DNA of 64,000 bases from an uncultured bacterium (GTDB lineage: Bacteria; Omnitrophota; Omnitrophia; Omnitrophales; Aquincolibacteriaceae): contig CAYZYT010000013.1 of NCBI GenBank assembly GCA_964482725.1, positions 1,465-65,464 of the forward strand, given 5' to 3'. The translations under genes were made by a program, and so were the position numbers. Positions 27,946-38,431 of this stretch are shown here, in pieces. Within the stretch, counting starts at the first letter, position 1. Each line of letters starts with the position of its first letter. Under the pieces are notes generated by a model that had not been told where the DNA came from, did no database searches, and worked only from the letters and a program-made list of their open reading frames with translations.

Positions 27946-28683
27946 CTAGTCTCGTGTCTGAATGATTTTCTTCATTTCCTGAACAGCCTTGGCCAGCCCG
28001 ACAAAAACGGCGCGGCTGACGATAGAGTGTCCGATATTAAATTCAATGATCTCAGGTATCGAGAGCAGCGGAAAAACATTCTCATAGTTAAGGCCGTGCC
28101 CGGCATGGACATGGAGCCCGAGTTCGAGACCCAATCGCGCGGCCTCACGAACACGAAAAAGCTCCTTTTCTTTTTTCTTCCCCACGGCATTCGCGTAAGA
28201 CCCTGTGTGGATCTCGATGGCATACGCGCCGAGCCGGGCGGCTTCCCGTACCTGGCTCTCCGCCGGATCGATAAAAAGGCTGACCTCGACTTTTTTCGCC
28301 AGTAACGCGTCGATCGTCCGGATCAGAGGAGCTCTTTTGGAAAAAAGGTCCAGTCCGCCTTCCGTCGTCAGTTCTTTCCTCTTTTCGGGAACCAGGCACG
28401 CCTTTTCCGGTTTTACTTTAAGCGCGATCTTGAGGATCTCAGGTGAGACGGACATCTCGAGATTAAGAGGGACATAGATCTTTTCCATGAGTTCAAAAAT
28501 ATCTGCGTCCTGGATATGGCGGCGATCCTCGCGAAGATGGACCGTGATGCTGTCGGCCCCGCCTTGCTCTGCCTCAAGTGCGGCTTCCATAACAGAAGGT
28601 TCTTCCCCAAGCCGTGCCTGGCGAAGTGTTGCAATATGATCGATATTAACACCGAGTTTTTTTTGCAAAAGACGGGCTGGCAT
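27946..28683 (-). CDS. pdxJ: Pyridoxine 5'-phosphate synthase
   Basis: LGVNIDHIATLRQAR, HLREDRRHI, TTEGGLD, HAGHGL, NIGHSI. Confidence 0.97.
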   Translation of the reverse strand: MPARLLQKKLGVNIDHIATLRQARLGEEPSVMEAALEAEQGGADSITVHLREDRRHIQDADIFELMEKIYVPLNLEMSVSPEILKIALKVKPEKACLVPEKRKELTTEGGLDLFSKRAPLIRTIDALLAKKVEVSLFIDPAESQVREAARLGAYAIEIHTGSYANAVGKKKEKELFRVREAARLGLELGLHVHAGHGLNYENVFPLLSIPEIIEFNIGHSIVSRAVFVGLAKAVQEMKKIIQTRD

Positions 28684-28690
28684 CAGGCGG

Positions 28691-29629
28691 TCACTTGGTG
28701 AGGGACCGAATCGCGGCTTTGACCTTGATCGGTTCTTTGTCCTTCAAGCTCACGTTTTCCGGGAGGACGACCTGAAGCAACAGGTCATAATCCCCTTTTG
28801 TCAGGTCCGCGAGGTCGACATACGCCAAGAGAGTCTCGGGTGCGAGTTTTTCCAGAGAGAGCTTGGACCCCTTGAGGACCAAGGTCACTTTATCAGGGTT
28901 GAGATCCACCACGCCGCTCGCTGTCGGAGATCTCACAATGCGTACCGGAACATCCTTGAACTCCTTTTCACCAAATTCTTCGCGGATAGGGATATAAACA
29001 TTCACAAGCGATTCGCTCATAGGCTTAACGCCCGGAGGCAACTTCACCTCCACGGTCCGGTAAAAAGAGCGGATCCGACCGACCAGATCGATCGGTGCGG
29101 TCTTCGCGGATTTCATTTTTTCCAGAACCCCTTTGGGTCCCTTCGTCAGAATGGCATTCGGGTCCATCCGCAAATCCTCCGCGAGAAGTTTGTAGCCGAC
29201 CGCGGGCTCTCCCACAAAATCCGGCTGGATCTCGAGCTTTTGGACGATCAGCTCATCCAGTTTCACCGTCATGATCTCAGGCACGATCTTGATGACGCGG
29301 ATCTGAAAGCTCGGCACACTGATCTCGGCCGGCTCCAGGCGGAAAGAATATTCTCCCGCGGTCTTGATCTCAGGACCGATCTTGTGCACCGCCTGGATAT
29401 CCTGACTCGCCAGGTTCACGATCAGCGCGCGCGGCGCGGACAAAGAGACCTGCACGACCTTTGTGGAGATCTCGGAAACGGTCATTTGCGTGCTGCTCAT
29501 CTGGATCTTGAGCGGGATCACGCGCATGACTTCGATATTCTCCTCCCCGACGGCGTAATACCACGTCCCGACCGCAAGCACGAGGGAGATGATCTTGAGA
29601 CCCCAGTTATGAACAAGCCAATGTTTCAT
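28691..29629 (-). CDS. cdaR: CdaR/YbbR-like protein
   Basis: NWGLKIISLVLAVGTW anchor plus three YbbR-type repeats; overlaps the cdaA stop. Confidence 0.85.
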   Translation of the reverse strand: MKHWLVHNWGLKIISLVLAVGTWYYAVGEENIEVMRVIPLKIQMSSTQMTVSEISTKVVQVSLSAPRALIVNLASQDIQAVHKIGPEIKTAGEYSFRLEPAEISVPSFQIRVIKIVPEIMTVKLDELIVQKLEIQPDFVGEPAVGYKLLAEDLRMDPNAILTKGPKGVLEKMKSAKTAPIDLVGRIRSFYRTVEVKLPPGVKPMSESLVNVYIPIREEFGEKEFKDVPVRIVRSPTASGVVDLNPDKVTLVLKGSKLSLEKLAPETLLAYVDLADLTKGDYDLLLQVVLPENVSLKDKEPIKVKAAIRSLTK

Positions 29630-30447
29630 GCTCCGGGTTCCTTCCCGTGAAACTGGAAAAGCCTTTTATTCTTATCAATGAAGTCCTTGAAAACATTCTT
29701 GTTCTCCGCCGGCTTGAAAAGCCCTTCGAGAATCCTCTTCATATCTTCCAGATCAAGCGCCTTCGTCAGCTTCCCGAAGACTGACACTGAGATATTCCCA
29801 GTCTCCTCGGAAACCACAACGCATACCGCGTCATTCTCTTCCGTAAGACCGATCGCGGCCCGGTGGCGCGTCCCTACCGAAGTCGGAAGATCCGTCATCT
29901 GTGTGAGAGGGAAAAGCGAACCGCAGGACGCGATCCGGTCCCCTGAAATGATCACAGCGCCGTCATGGGTCGGGGTATGCGGGTCAAAAAGGCTGAGCAG
30001 GAGCTCCGCACTCATTTTCGCATCGAGCATCATGCCGCTTTCGATATAATTCTTGAGGCCCACATCCCGCTCAAGCGCGATCAAAGCACCGGTCCGATGA
30101 CGCGACATATGGTCGCAGGCGCGGATCACTTCGTCAATCACCCCGCCTTTGCTTAAGAAGCCGCTCGACATCGTGGTCCCGATACGCGCCAGCACACGTC
30201 GCATTTCCGGCTGAAAAATAATGAGGAAAGCCACAACCCCCACGGCGAAGACCTTGGAGAGAACCCAGATGATGCTGTTGAGCTCAAAAAATTTCGCCGC
30301 AAGAAAGATCACCACGAGGATGACAAGTCCCAGGAGCACCTGCATGGCGCGCGTGCCCTGGAAGAACCGGATCACGGAATAGATCAATACCCAAATAAAG
30401 AGGATCTCGATCAGCGGCCGCCAGAACGAGGTCAGAAGTTCAAACAT
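29626..30447 (-). CDS. cdaA: Diadenylate cyclase CdaA
   Basis: Three TM helices, FQPEMRR, HDGA, GTRHRAA, VSEETG. Confidence 0.95.
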   Translation of the reverse strand: MFELLTSFWRPLIEILFIWVLIYSVIRFFQGTRAMQVLLGLVILVVIFLAAKFFELNSIIWVLSKVFAVGVVAFLIIFQPEMRRVLARIGTTMSSGFLSKGGVIDEVIRACDHMSRHRTGALIALERDVGLKNYIESGMMLDAKMSAELLLSLFDPHTPTHDGAVIISGDRIASCGSLFPLTQMTDLPTSVGTRHRAAIGLTEENDAVCVVVSEETGNISVSVFGKLTKALDLEDMKRILEGLFKPAENKNVFKDFIDKNKRLFQFHGKEPGA

Positions 30448-30448
30448 G

Positions 30449-30664
30449 TCATTTTTTCCCGAAGAGAGTGAAGGCGAGTGTGAGGATCAGGCTGAGAAGA
30501 AGGCACGTCGTCATGGGAAAATAAAGGGTAAAGCTCCCTTTGCGGAGAAAAATATCGCCCGGGAGTTTCCCAAGCAAGGGCACTTTGGAAAAAAAAGTCG
30601 CGAAGATCCCCATGCAAATCAGGATCACACCGAAAAAGATCAGGGTTTTTGCAAGGTCGCTCAT
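30449..30664 (-). CDS. DUF2905 family membrane protein
   Basis: LGKLPGDI...FYFP-like YFPMTTCLLLS. Confidence 0.85.
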   Translation of the reverse strand: MSDLAKTLIFFGVILICMGIFATFFSKVPLLGKLPGDIFLRKGSFTLYFPMTTCLLLSLILTLAFTLFGKK

Positions 30665-30807
30665 GCTGGCTCCTGTTGAAATCTTCCGTAATATAACACG
30701 GCACGGAGGCGCCTTCCAAGAAATCTATGAGACGCCGTAAAAAAGCTGCTTGCCGGTACTCGCTCTCATTCAATATTTTATTGAAAGCTAGTACTGAACC
30801 AAACTTC

Positions 30808-31836
30808 CTATGAATTCCACAAGTTGTTCGGTGCGGAAGCGGGCGGCTTATGCCCAAAATGCTGGTAGGTAAGCTCGGTCACCACGCGGCCGGCTGAAGT
30901 ACGCTTCATAAATCCGCGCTGAATAAGGTAAGGCTCATAAATTTCTTCAAGAGTCTCGGCGTCTTCTCCCACGCCGACGGCGAGACTGTTAACACCCACC
31001 GGACCGCCCTTACATTCTTTGAGAATGTATTGTAGGATCCTTTTGTCCATGGGATCGAGACCTTCCTGATCGACCCCGAGCATCTTGAGCCCCTGGTCGG
31101 CAACCTCGGCCGTGATCTTCCCATCGGCTTTCACCTGCGCATAATCCCGAACACGCCGTAAAAGGCGGTTTGCGATACGGGGTGTGCCGCGAGCGCGACC
31201 GGCGATCTCGAGCGCGCCTTTTTCATCGATCTCGATATTCAAAAGCTTCGCGGAACGTTTCACGATCGTAGAGAGTTCTTCATTTTCATAGTAGTTAAGC
31301 CGCTCGATGATCCCGAAACGTGAACGCAGCGGCGCGGTAAGAAGGCCGCTCCGGGTCGTCGCGCCGATGAGCGTAAAACGCGGAAGCTGCATCTTGACCG
31401 AACGCGCGTGCGGCCCTTTATCGATCATGATTTCAATCGAATAATCCTCCATCGCAGAGTAAAGATATTCTTCCACGACATGGGGGATCCGGTGGATCTC
31501 ATCAATGAAAAGCACGTCACCTTTTTCAAGGTTTGTGAGAATGCCGGCCAGATCCCCCGCCCGCTCAAGAACAGGACCGGAAATCTGATGGATCTTGGCA
31601 TTCATGCGATTGGCAATAATATTGGCGAGTGTGGTTTTCCCGAGACCGGGGGGTCCAAAGAGCAGAATATGATCCAGCGATTCTTTGCGGCCCAGCGCGG
31701 CCTCGATCGAAACCTTGAGGTTGTCCTTCACCTGCCCTTGACCGATGAACTCATCGAGCGTGGCAGGACGCAGCGTGACCTCGATCTCGATTTCTTCCGG
31801 CTTGAATTCCTGATCTAACATTCTGTCGTCTGTCAT
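30808..31836 (-). CDS. ruvB: Holliday junction helicase RuvB
   Basis: [45 protein letters not shown]. Confidence 0.98.
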   Translation of the reverse strand: MTDDRMLDQEFKPEEIEIEVTLRPATLDEFIGQGQVKDNLKVSIEAALGRKESLDHILLFGPPGLGKTTLANIIANRMNAKIHQISGPVLERAGDLAGILTNLEKGDVLFIDEIHRIPHVVEEYLYSAMEDYSIEIMIDKGPHARSVKMQLPRFTLIGATTRSGLLTAPLRSRFGIIERLNYYENEELSTIVKRSAKLLNIEIDEKGALEIAGRARGTPRIANRLLRRVRDYAQVKADGKITAEVADQGLKMLGVDQEGLDPMDKRILQYILKECKGGPVGVNSLAVGVGEDAETLEEIYEPYLIQRGFMKRTSAGRVVTELTYQHFGHKPPASAPNNLWNS

Positions 31837-31948
31837 AGTTTTGTCCCCAGGGACGGTTCTTGATAACTCCTTTGATCGCAACAACTTCTACGAGGACTGT
31901 CCCTTTTTTGACCTTTATGCTTCAAATCCTATAAGAACCGTCCCTTTA

Positions 31949-32551
31949 CTAGACGTGCTTCAACGCCGCTCTTATGATCTCCTCTACGGACGGCTTCTTA
32001 CCGAGCAGTGCTTTCAACGTCTTCTGGATCGCATCCTTCGCCTTTTGCTTAGTATAACCGAGCGACACAAGCGCCGAGACCGAATCCTCGACCATCTGGT
32101 CGGAGACGCTCGCGTCATGGATGAGTTCTTTGCCGGCCGAGATCTCGGCTTTTCCGATCTTGTCCTTGAGTTCGATGATCACACGTTCAGCCGTCTTCTG
32201 TCCGATCCCTGAGATCGCCGTGAGCACCGGAACATTTTTCTCCTGAATGGCGCGCTTCAGTTCCGGAAGCGTCACGCCGGACAAAAGCGTGATCGCAAGT
32301 TTCGGCCCGATCCCGGAAATCGAAATGAGAAGCCTGAAAGCTTCGCGTTCTTCTTCGGTCGCAAATCCGTAAAGGAGCTGAGCATCCTCACGCACCACAA
32401 AATGCGTGAAAAGCTTTACGGTCTCACCCAAGTTGGGAAGGCTCGAGAACGTGGAAAGCGACACACGCACCTCATAGCCGATCCCGTTCACATCCAGGAT
32501 CGCCGCCGTGGGCGTCTTCTCCGAAATCTTTCCAATCAAATAGTGGTACAT
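31949..32551 (-). CDS. ruvA: Holliday junction protein RuvA
   Basis: NGIGYEV, VREDAQLLYGF, GIGPKLA, GIGQKTAER. Confidence 0.97.
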   Translation of the reverse strand: MYHYLIGKISEKTPTAAILDVNGIGYEVRVSLSTFSSLPNLGETVKLFTHFVVREDAQLLYGFATEEEREAFRLLISISGIGPKLAITLLSGVTLPELKRAIQEKNVPVLTAISGIGQKTAERVIIELKDKIGKAEISAGKELIHDASVSDQMVEDSVSALVSLGYTKQKAKDAIQKTLKALLGKKPSVEEIIRAALKHV

Positions 32552-33027
32552 ACAACCTTTCTCTTAGAAGAATGCAAATGACACATCGCGAGCGCGAGAG
32601 CATCGGAGGCATCGAGCGCCGGAGCTTCTTTCAGATTCAAAAGACGTTTGACCATGAACTGCACCTGTTCTTTGGTCGCGCGACCGTTGCCGGTCACCGA
32701 CTTTTTTACCGCGGTCGGAGCGTATTCTATCACTTCGATTCCTTGTTTAGAAGCCGCGAGCATGGCGCAGGCTCGGGCCTCGCCGATCCGCTCAACCGCC
32801 CGGATGTCCTTGGCAAAAAAAAGCGTCTCAAGCGCCACGACATCGGGCTTGTAACTCTGGATATTTTTCTGGAGGGATTCGAAAATGTGAAGGAGTCGTT
32901 TCGCGATAGGGTCTTTGGAGGCTGCGCGAATGGTGCCGCAGATCACAAGCTTGTAGTCCCGGCCGATGGATTCGAGGATCCCAAAACCCATCCGGTGAGT
33001 TCCGGGGTCAATACCCATCACGCGCAT
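32536..33027 (-). CDS. ruvC: Holliday junction resolvase RuvC
   Basis: GIDPG, EYAPTAVKKSVTGNGRATKEQV, DASDALALA. Confidence 0.97.
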   Translation of the reverse strand: MRVMGIDPGTHRMGFGILESIGRDYKLVICGTIRAASKDPIAKRLLHIFESLQKNIQSYKPDVVALETLFFAKDIRAVERIGEARACAMLAASKQGIEVIEYAPTAVKKSVTGNGRATKEQVQFMVKRLLNLKEAPALDASDALALAMCHLHSSKRKVVCTTI

Positions 33028-33090
33028 GGACATCTCCAGGATCAAGACCCGGCCTTGACTGCGAAAGACCGGGTCTTTAAAGGGTGGAAA

Positions 33091-33840
33091 TTATGCGGAC
33101 AGTTCTTTCATCACTTCTTCAGGAATATCCGCATTGGAATAAACATTCTGAACGTCATCGTGTTCCTCGAGCGCTTCGATCAGATGCACCACCTTGCGAC
33201 CGGTGTCGGCAGACACGCTCACAAGATTTTTGGGAATCATGGTGAGATTGGCGCTCTCGATCTTAATCTTTGCTTTTTCAATGGCGTCGCGGACCGCCCA
33301 GAGGTCCTGGGGCGCCGTCGTCACCTCAAACATCGTCTCAGTTGAGGTCATATCCTCGGCCCCTGCGCCGAGAGCAATTTCCATCAGCGGGTCTTCGGTC
33401 GTCGCGGTTTTTGAGATCACAATAAATCCTTTTTTCTCGAACATCCAGGCCACCGTCCCGGCGCTTCCCATATTCCCGCCGTTCTTGTTGAAAAGGCTCC
33501 GGATTTCGGAAGCCGAGCGGTTCTTATTGTCCGTCAGGCATGCCACGAGGACCGCGGCGCCTTCGGGACCAAACCCTTCGTAGGCAATTTCCTCATAGGT
33601 CACGCCTTCGAGCTCACCGGTTCCCTTTTTGATCGCCCGATCAATATTATCCGCCGGCATGTTGGAATCCTTGGCGGATTGAATGGCCGTGCGAAGCCGC
33701 GGGTTGGTGTTCAGGTCCCCGCCGCCGGTTTTGGCTGCGACCGTGATCTCGCGAATGAACTTGGTAAAGACCTGGCCGCGCTTGGCGTCCACGATTGCTT
33801 TTTTATGTTTGATACTCGCCCATTTTGAATGTCCGGACAT
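33091..33840 (-). CDS. yebC: YebC/PmpR family protein
   Basis: MSGHSKW, YEGFGP, TDNKNR, DDVQNVYSN. Confidence 0.97.
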   Translation of the reverse strand: MSGHSKWASIKHKKAIVDAKRGQVFTKFIREITVAAKTGGGDLNTNPRLRTAIQSAKDSNMPADNIDRAIKKGTGELEGVTYEEIAYEGFGPEGAAVLVACLTDNKNRSASEIRSLFNKNGGNMGSAGTVAWMFEKKGFIVISKTATTEDPLMEIALGAGAEDMTSTETMFEVTTAPQDLWAVRDAIEKAKIKIESANLTMIPKNLVSVSADTGRKVVHLIEALEEHDDVQNVYSNADIPEEVMKELSA

Positions 33841-34034
33841 ATCTTTATTCTCCTGTTAGCATATTCATAAAATTAGAAATTTTAATTTTCCGAAATGCTT
33901 CGCGACCATGCTGGTTACGTTATCCGGTGACGGTAACGATGCCCGTTTCGTCTCTCGGCCAAGGTCACGTCACCGTCACCTTAACCGATACGGGCTTCGT
34001 GCCCGTTGCCATTACCGATTTCGTATTTTTAAAC

Positions 34035-34880
34035 TTAAGCCAACGGTTTAAGTTTTTTAATAGATTCCGTGATGCGTACCACATCGCGCATCGCCTTAAC
34101 ATCATGGACCCTGACGATCTGGATCCCGGTCATCACCGCCGCCGCGATGCATGCGGCAGTCCCGAACTCCCGCTCATCCGTCCCGCGCCCGGTCACCTGT
34201 CCGATGAAAGACTTCCGGGAGGGCCCGATCATAACGGGAAGCTCAAGCTTGTGAAACGCCCCAAGATTTTTCATGATCTCGAGGTTCTGTTCCGTGGTCT
34301 TCGCGAAACCCAGTCCCGGATCAATCACCATCTGTTCACGATCAATCCCTGCGTCCATGGCAAGTTTGAGGCTGTCGCGAAGTTCCGTCATCACATCCAC
34401 GACAACATCGCCATAATGGGCAAGCGTCTGCATCGTCTCCGGCGTCCCACGACTGTGCATCAGCACGAGCCCCGCACTGAACTTCTTCACAACTTTTACC
34501 ATCGCGGAACCGGACCGCTTCAGCCCGCTGACATCATTGATAATGTCGGCGCCGGCATCGAGGCACTTTTTCGCAACTTCAGGGCTGACCGTATCGATCG
34601 AAATGGGAACCTGAACATCTTTGCGAACCCGCTCCAGGACCGGCAGTAACCGCTCCAATTCTTCCCGGTCGGTGACCGCCGCGGCGCCCGGCCTCGTGGA
34701 CTGAGCTCCCAAATCTAGCAGGTCGGCACCTTCTTCAATCAACTTTATGGCTTGAAGACTCGCAGCTTCAGGATCCAGATAACGTCCGCCATCCGAAAAA
34801 GAATCCGGCGTGATATTCAGGATCCCCATCAAAAGGGTCCGGCCAAAGGAAACGGTGTTTTGACGGATCTTCCAGATCAC
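34035..34880 (-). CDS. folP: Dihydropteroate synthase
   Basis: MGILNITPDSFSDGG, STRPG, IDPGLGFAK, SRKSF, RVHDV. Confidence 0.97.
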   Translation of the reverse strand: MIWKIRQNTVSFGRTLLMGILNITPDSFSDGGRYLDPEAASLQAIKLIEEGADLLDLGAQSTRPGAAAVTDREELERLLPVLERVRKDVQVPISIDTVSPEVAKKCLDAGADIINDVSGLKRSGSAMVKVVKKFSAGLVLMHSRGTPETMQTLAHYGDVVVDVMTELRDSLKLAMDAGIDREQMVIDPGLGFAKTTEQNLEIMKNLGAFHKLELPVMIGPSRKSFIGQVTGRGTDEREFGTAACIAAAVMTGIQIVRVHDVKAMRDVVRITESIKKLKPLA

Positions 34881-36823
34881 GCGATGGGCGTCCCAACTGG
34901 CAAAGGCCCGCCGCCAGCCGGCGGAAGTGTGCTCCCAAGGCCTGTAACATTTTTAATCTCGTCGGCATCTAATGTTTCTTTTTCGAGAAGCAACTTTGCC
35001 AGAGCCTCGAGCTTGCCACGGCTCTCCGTAAGGATCTTCTTCGCATGTTCGTAACCTGCCTCGAGGATCCGCTTCACCTCCCCATCGATCAACCGGGCGG
35101 TGTCCTCCGAATAATTCTTTTCATCCATGAGGTCGCGGCCCAAAAAGACCATCCCGCCTTCTTTACCAAAAACGATCGGGCCAATCTTCTCGCTCATCCC
35201 GAACCGGCATACCATCTCGCGAGCGATCTGGGTCGCTTTTTGAAGATCGTTGTGAGCGCCGGTCGTAATATCTCCGAAAATAATTTCCTCAGCCACCCTG
35301 CCACCCATCAAAACAGGGATCTCCGCTAAAAAGAAAGTCCGGCTATGGAGCGTGCGGTCTTCATCCGGCAAACTCACCGTATAACCGCCGGCCATCCCTC
35401 TGGGAATGATCGTCACTTTGTGAACAGGATCGGCCCCGGGCGTCAGGAGCGCCACAAGCGCATGCCCGGATTCATGATGCGCCACGATTTTTCTTTCTCT
35501 GTCCGAAACTTTTTTACTCTTGCGCTGCGGCCCCGCCATGACGCGTTCGATGGATTCCTGAAGCTCGCTCATCCCGACCGTTTCTTTATTGAGACGTGCC
35601 GCCAGAAGAGCAGCTTCGTTGACAAGGTTCGCGAGGTCCGCGCCGGAAAAATAAGTGGTTTGTTTCGCGATCGTTTTAAAATCAACGGTGGGATCCAATT
35701 TCACCTTGATGGCATGGACTTTCAGAATCGCTTCACGACCGACGAGATCCGGAAGCGGCACAACCACTTGACGATCAAAACGGCCCGGGCGGAGCAGCGC
35801 GGGATCAAGGACATCCGGACGGTTCGTCGAAGCGATCAGGATCACGCCGATATGTGTGTCAAACCCGTCCATTTCGACGAGAAGCGCGTTTAAGGTCTGT
35901 TCGCGCTCATCATGCCCGCCACCGATCCCGGCGAAACGCTGACGTCCCACCGCGTCGATCTCATCGATAAAAATGATCGCGCCTTTACCGCCCGCCTTGG
36001 CGGCGCGCTTGGCCTGTTCAAAAAGATCGCGCACACGCGCGGCGCCGACCCCCACGAACATTTCTACAAAATCCGAACCGCTGATGGAATAAAAAGGCAC
36101 TTCAGCCTCGCCGGCCACCGCCTTCGCGAGAAGCGTTTTCCCCGTTCCCGGGGGACCCATCAAAAGAACGCCCTTAGGAATGCGCCCCCCCAACTTCGTA
36201 AACCGCAGGGGTTCCTTCAGAAACTCGATGATCTCCTGGAGTTCTTCCTTGGCTTCTTCGACGCCGGCAACGTCTTTGAAAGTAATCAGGCTTTTTTCTT
36301 TATCCGCAAGCTTGGCGCGGGATTTCCCGAATGAAAAGACCTTGCCGCCGCCCTGCTGGACGCCGCGATAGACGAAAAACCAGAAAAATCCGATCAAGAG
36401 GAGGGTGGGGAAAATCCCCGCGAAGAAATTGCGCCAAAAAGTCTGTGGCGGGCTGACTGAAAAATTTGCGACATTTTTACGGATGAGCGGGATGATGTCG
36501 GGGTCATTGTAGGGAATATGGACCTGGAAATAAGAAAGCGTGGTCAGCTTCCCCTGCACCACGTTGTCCACCAGCTCACAGGAAAGGATCTCACCGGTCT
36601 CAGGATTACGCGTCAGCATCCGGTAGAATTCGGAATAGCTCAGCTCTTTAAGCTCAAAACTCGGGAACACGAACATTTGCAGGATGAGAAAGATCCCGAG
36701 GGGTATAAGAAAAAGCGCGATCAACCGCTTGCGGTCGGGTTCTCCGGGCTGGGGAGGCAATTTACGGCCATTCTTGGAACGCGGCGCGTTTTTTTTCAGC
36801 TTACCATTGACAGGAGTCGCCAT
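34877..36823 (-). CDS. ftsH: ATP-dependent zinc metalloprotease FtsH
   Basis: Two TM helices, [26 protein letters not shown]. Confidence 0.98.
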   Translation of the reverse strand: MATPVNGKLKKNAPRSKNGRKLPPQPGEPDRKRLIALFLIPLGIFLILQMFVFPSFELKELSYSEFYRMLTRNPETGEILSCELVDNVVQGKLTTLSYFQVHIPYNDPDIIPLIRKNVANFSVSPPQTFWRNFFAGIFPTLLLIGFFWFFVYRGVQQGGGKVFSFGKSRAKLADKEKSLITFKDVAGVEEAKEELQEIIEFLKEPLRFTKLGGRIPKGVLLMGPPGTGKTLLAKAVAGEAEVPFYSISGSDFVEMFVGVGAARVRDLFEQAKRAAKAGGKGAIIFIDEIDAVGRQRFAGIGGGHDEREQTLNALLVEMDGFDTHIGVILIASTNRPDVLDPALLRPGRFDRQVVVPLPDLVGREAILKVHAIKVKLDPTVDFKTIAKQTTYFSGADLANLVNEAALLAARLNKETVGMSELQESIERVMAGPQRKSKKVSDRERKIVAHHESGHALVALLTPGADPVHKVTIIPRGMAGGYTVSLPDEDRTLHSRTFFLAEIPVLMGGRVAEEIIFGDITTGAHNDLQKATQIAREMVCRFGMSEKIGPIVFGKEGGMVFLGRDLMDEKNYSEDTARLIDGEVKRILEAGYEHAKKILTESRGKLEALAKLLLEKETLDADEIKNVTGLGSTLPPAGGGPLPVGTPIA

Positions 36824-36912
36824 AAAATCCGAGGATCTCTGTTGTTTTTTCCAGAAAAAAGGAGCCGTAGTCTAGCATGGGGAATTGAAGATATCAAACC
36901 TGATTATACGCA

Positions 36913-37929
36913 TCACCGCTTCTTGTAAATTGTTACATTTTTAGGGGTTAGCGCGAAGTCGATATCCTTGGGAAGCGACGAGCAATAGCGGGGCCTTGAG
37001 AGTCCTTGACGGATCCGCTCCCAGGCTTCAAACGAAAGCCCGCTTTGAGGATCCAGTTTTTTAAGCGCTCTTTCCACAATTCGAAATTGAAGCGCCGACG
37101 GGATTTTCAGAAAGACCGCGCGACGAAGCTCCACCTTTCTCCCGCAAATCTTTTTGAACGTCTTTTGCCAAGCTTTTGCTTCAAGCTCGACGATCAATGC
37201 GCTCTCCCCGGCCACGATCGCAGGAATGCGCGACAAAGCCTCCACGACCCGCGGATTAAACTCGCGCTGAAGCCTGGGAATAAGTTCGATGCGAATACGG
37301 TTACGCAGGAATTTCACAGAATCGTTGCTTTCGTCTTTCCTGTACGCAATTTTTTCCGCGCGGCAAAAGTCCAAGATCTCTTTTTTAGTGAACGCAAGAA
37401 GCGGACGGACCAAGGTCGTTCGGCCCCTCTTGAACTTTTCGCGGATCCCCTGAAGCCCCCGCAAGCCTGTCCCTTGAAGCAGCCGCATCAAAACCGTCTC
37501 GGCCTGGTCGTCCATGGTATGCGCCAGCGCGATCGCCTGGACTTTTTCCGCCCGCGCAGTCCGGAGGAAAAAATCGTAGCGCATTTGGCGCGCCGCTTCC
37601 TCGATCGAGGTCTTCGTCTTTTTCGTTTCCCTTTCCACGTTCCCCGTTCCCCGGAAAAAAGGAATCTTGTATCTCCGGGCAAGATTTCTCACGAACCGCT
37701 CGTCCTGTGTTGCGGCGCCAGGCCGGAGCTGATGATTAAAATGGATCAAGCCGAGTTTCCAGGAGTTTTGGGGGGCAAGCGTTTGGAGGAGATGAAAAAG
37801 CGAGACCGAATCCGGTCCGCCGGAGCAGGCGATAAGGATTTTTTGACGCTTTTTGAAAAATCGTTTTCCCTGGAGATGTTCCTCAAGGCGAGAAAGCAAT
37901 GTTGCTCTTGAGATCCGCTTTTTCTTCAT
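36913..37929 (-). CDS. tilS: tRNA(Ile)-lysidine synthase
   Basis: SGGPDS, EEAARQMRY, AHTMDDQAET, RPLL, DESN, RNRIR. Confidence 0.95.
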   Translation of the reverse strand: MKKKRISRATLLSRLEEHLQGKRFFKKRQKILIACSGGPDSVSLFHLLQTLAPQNSWKLGLIHFNHQLRPGAATQDERFVRNLARRYKIPFFRGTGNVERETKKTKTSIEEAARQMRYDFFLRTARAEKVQAIALAHTMDDQAETVLMRLLQGTGLRGLQGIREKFKRGRTTLVRPLLAFTKKEILDFCRAEKIAYRKDESNDSVKFLRNRIRIELIPRLQREFNPRVVEALSRIPAIVAGESALIVELEAKAWQKTFKKICGRKVELRRAVFLKIPSALQFRIVERALKKLDPQSGLSFEAWERIRQGLSRPRYCSSLPKDIDFALTPKNVTIYKKR

Positions 37930-38012
37930 AAGGTATATCCGAGGAAGGACAAGATGTGCGATGCGATAAAAAACCGCAAAACCCGGAACGCCACGCGCCA
38001 GAGCGAAAATAG

Positions 38013-38030
38013 TGTCGGGGGCCAGGATTG
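38013..38030 (-). repeat. 18-bp duplicate of the tRNA 3' end (att-like)
   Basis: tgtcgggggccaggattg is identical to 38151-38168. Confidence 0.85.
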
Positions 38031-38150
38031 GCGCCTCCGCTTCGCTCCGGTCGGCCACCCGCACTTACAAACATGACCTTTGTCATGTTTGTGAACAAGT
38101 GCTCCCTTCAATCCTTGGTACTTCCCTTTCCAAATCCTTCATGAATAAAA

Positions 38151-38224
38151 TGTCGGGGGCCAGGATTGAACTGGCGACCTAGGGCTTATGAGTCCCTCGC
38201 TCTAGCCAACTGAGCTACCCCGAC
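38151..38224 (-). tRNA. tRNA with CAT anticodon (Ile2 or elongator Met); CCA not encoded
   Basis: GTCGGGGTAGCTCAGTTGGCTAGAGCGAGGGACTCATAAGCCCTAGGTCGCCAGTTCAATCCTGGCCCCCGACA folds as a cloverleaf; paired G1-C72 argues against initiator. Confidence 0.93.
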
Positions 38225-38431
38225 ATAATGATCTCAACAAAGAAGAGAAAGAAAAATCAGTCAGAATAAAATTGCCAAGAACCGTTTAAAATTCGAGACT
38301 TTCCCTCACCCCAGCAGATTCGAGGTCGGGTATATTAACATAGCTTCGCGCGAACACACAAGTACGGTTGCACGAAAAGAGGCGCCTAAATCATTCTTTA
38401 CAGGACCCGCTTCGAAGCGTAGACTGAACGC

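Noticed and set aside
30755-30795. 7-3-7 palindrome ttcaata-ttt-tattgaa after ruvB
   Set aside because: A single AT-rich instance; an operator cannot be distinguished from a terminator-like stem.
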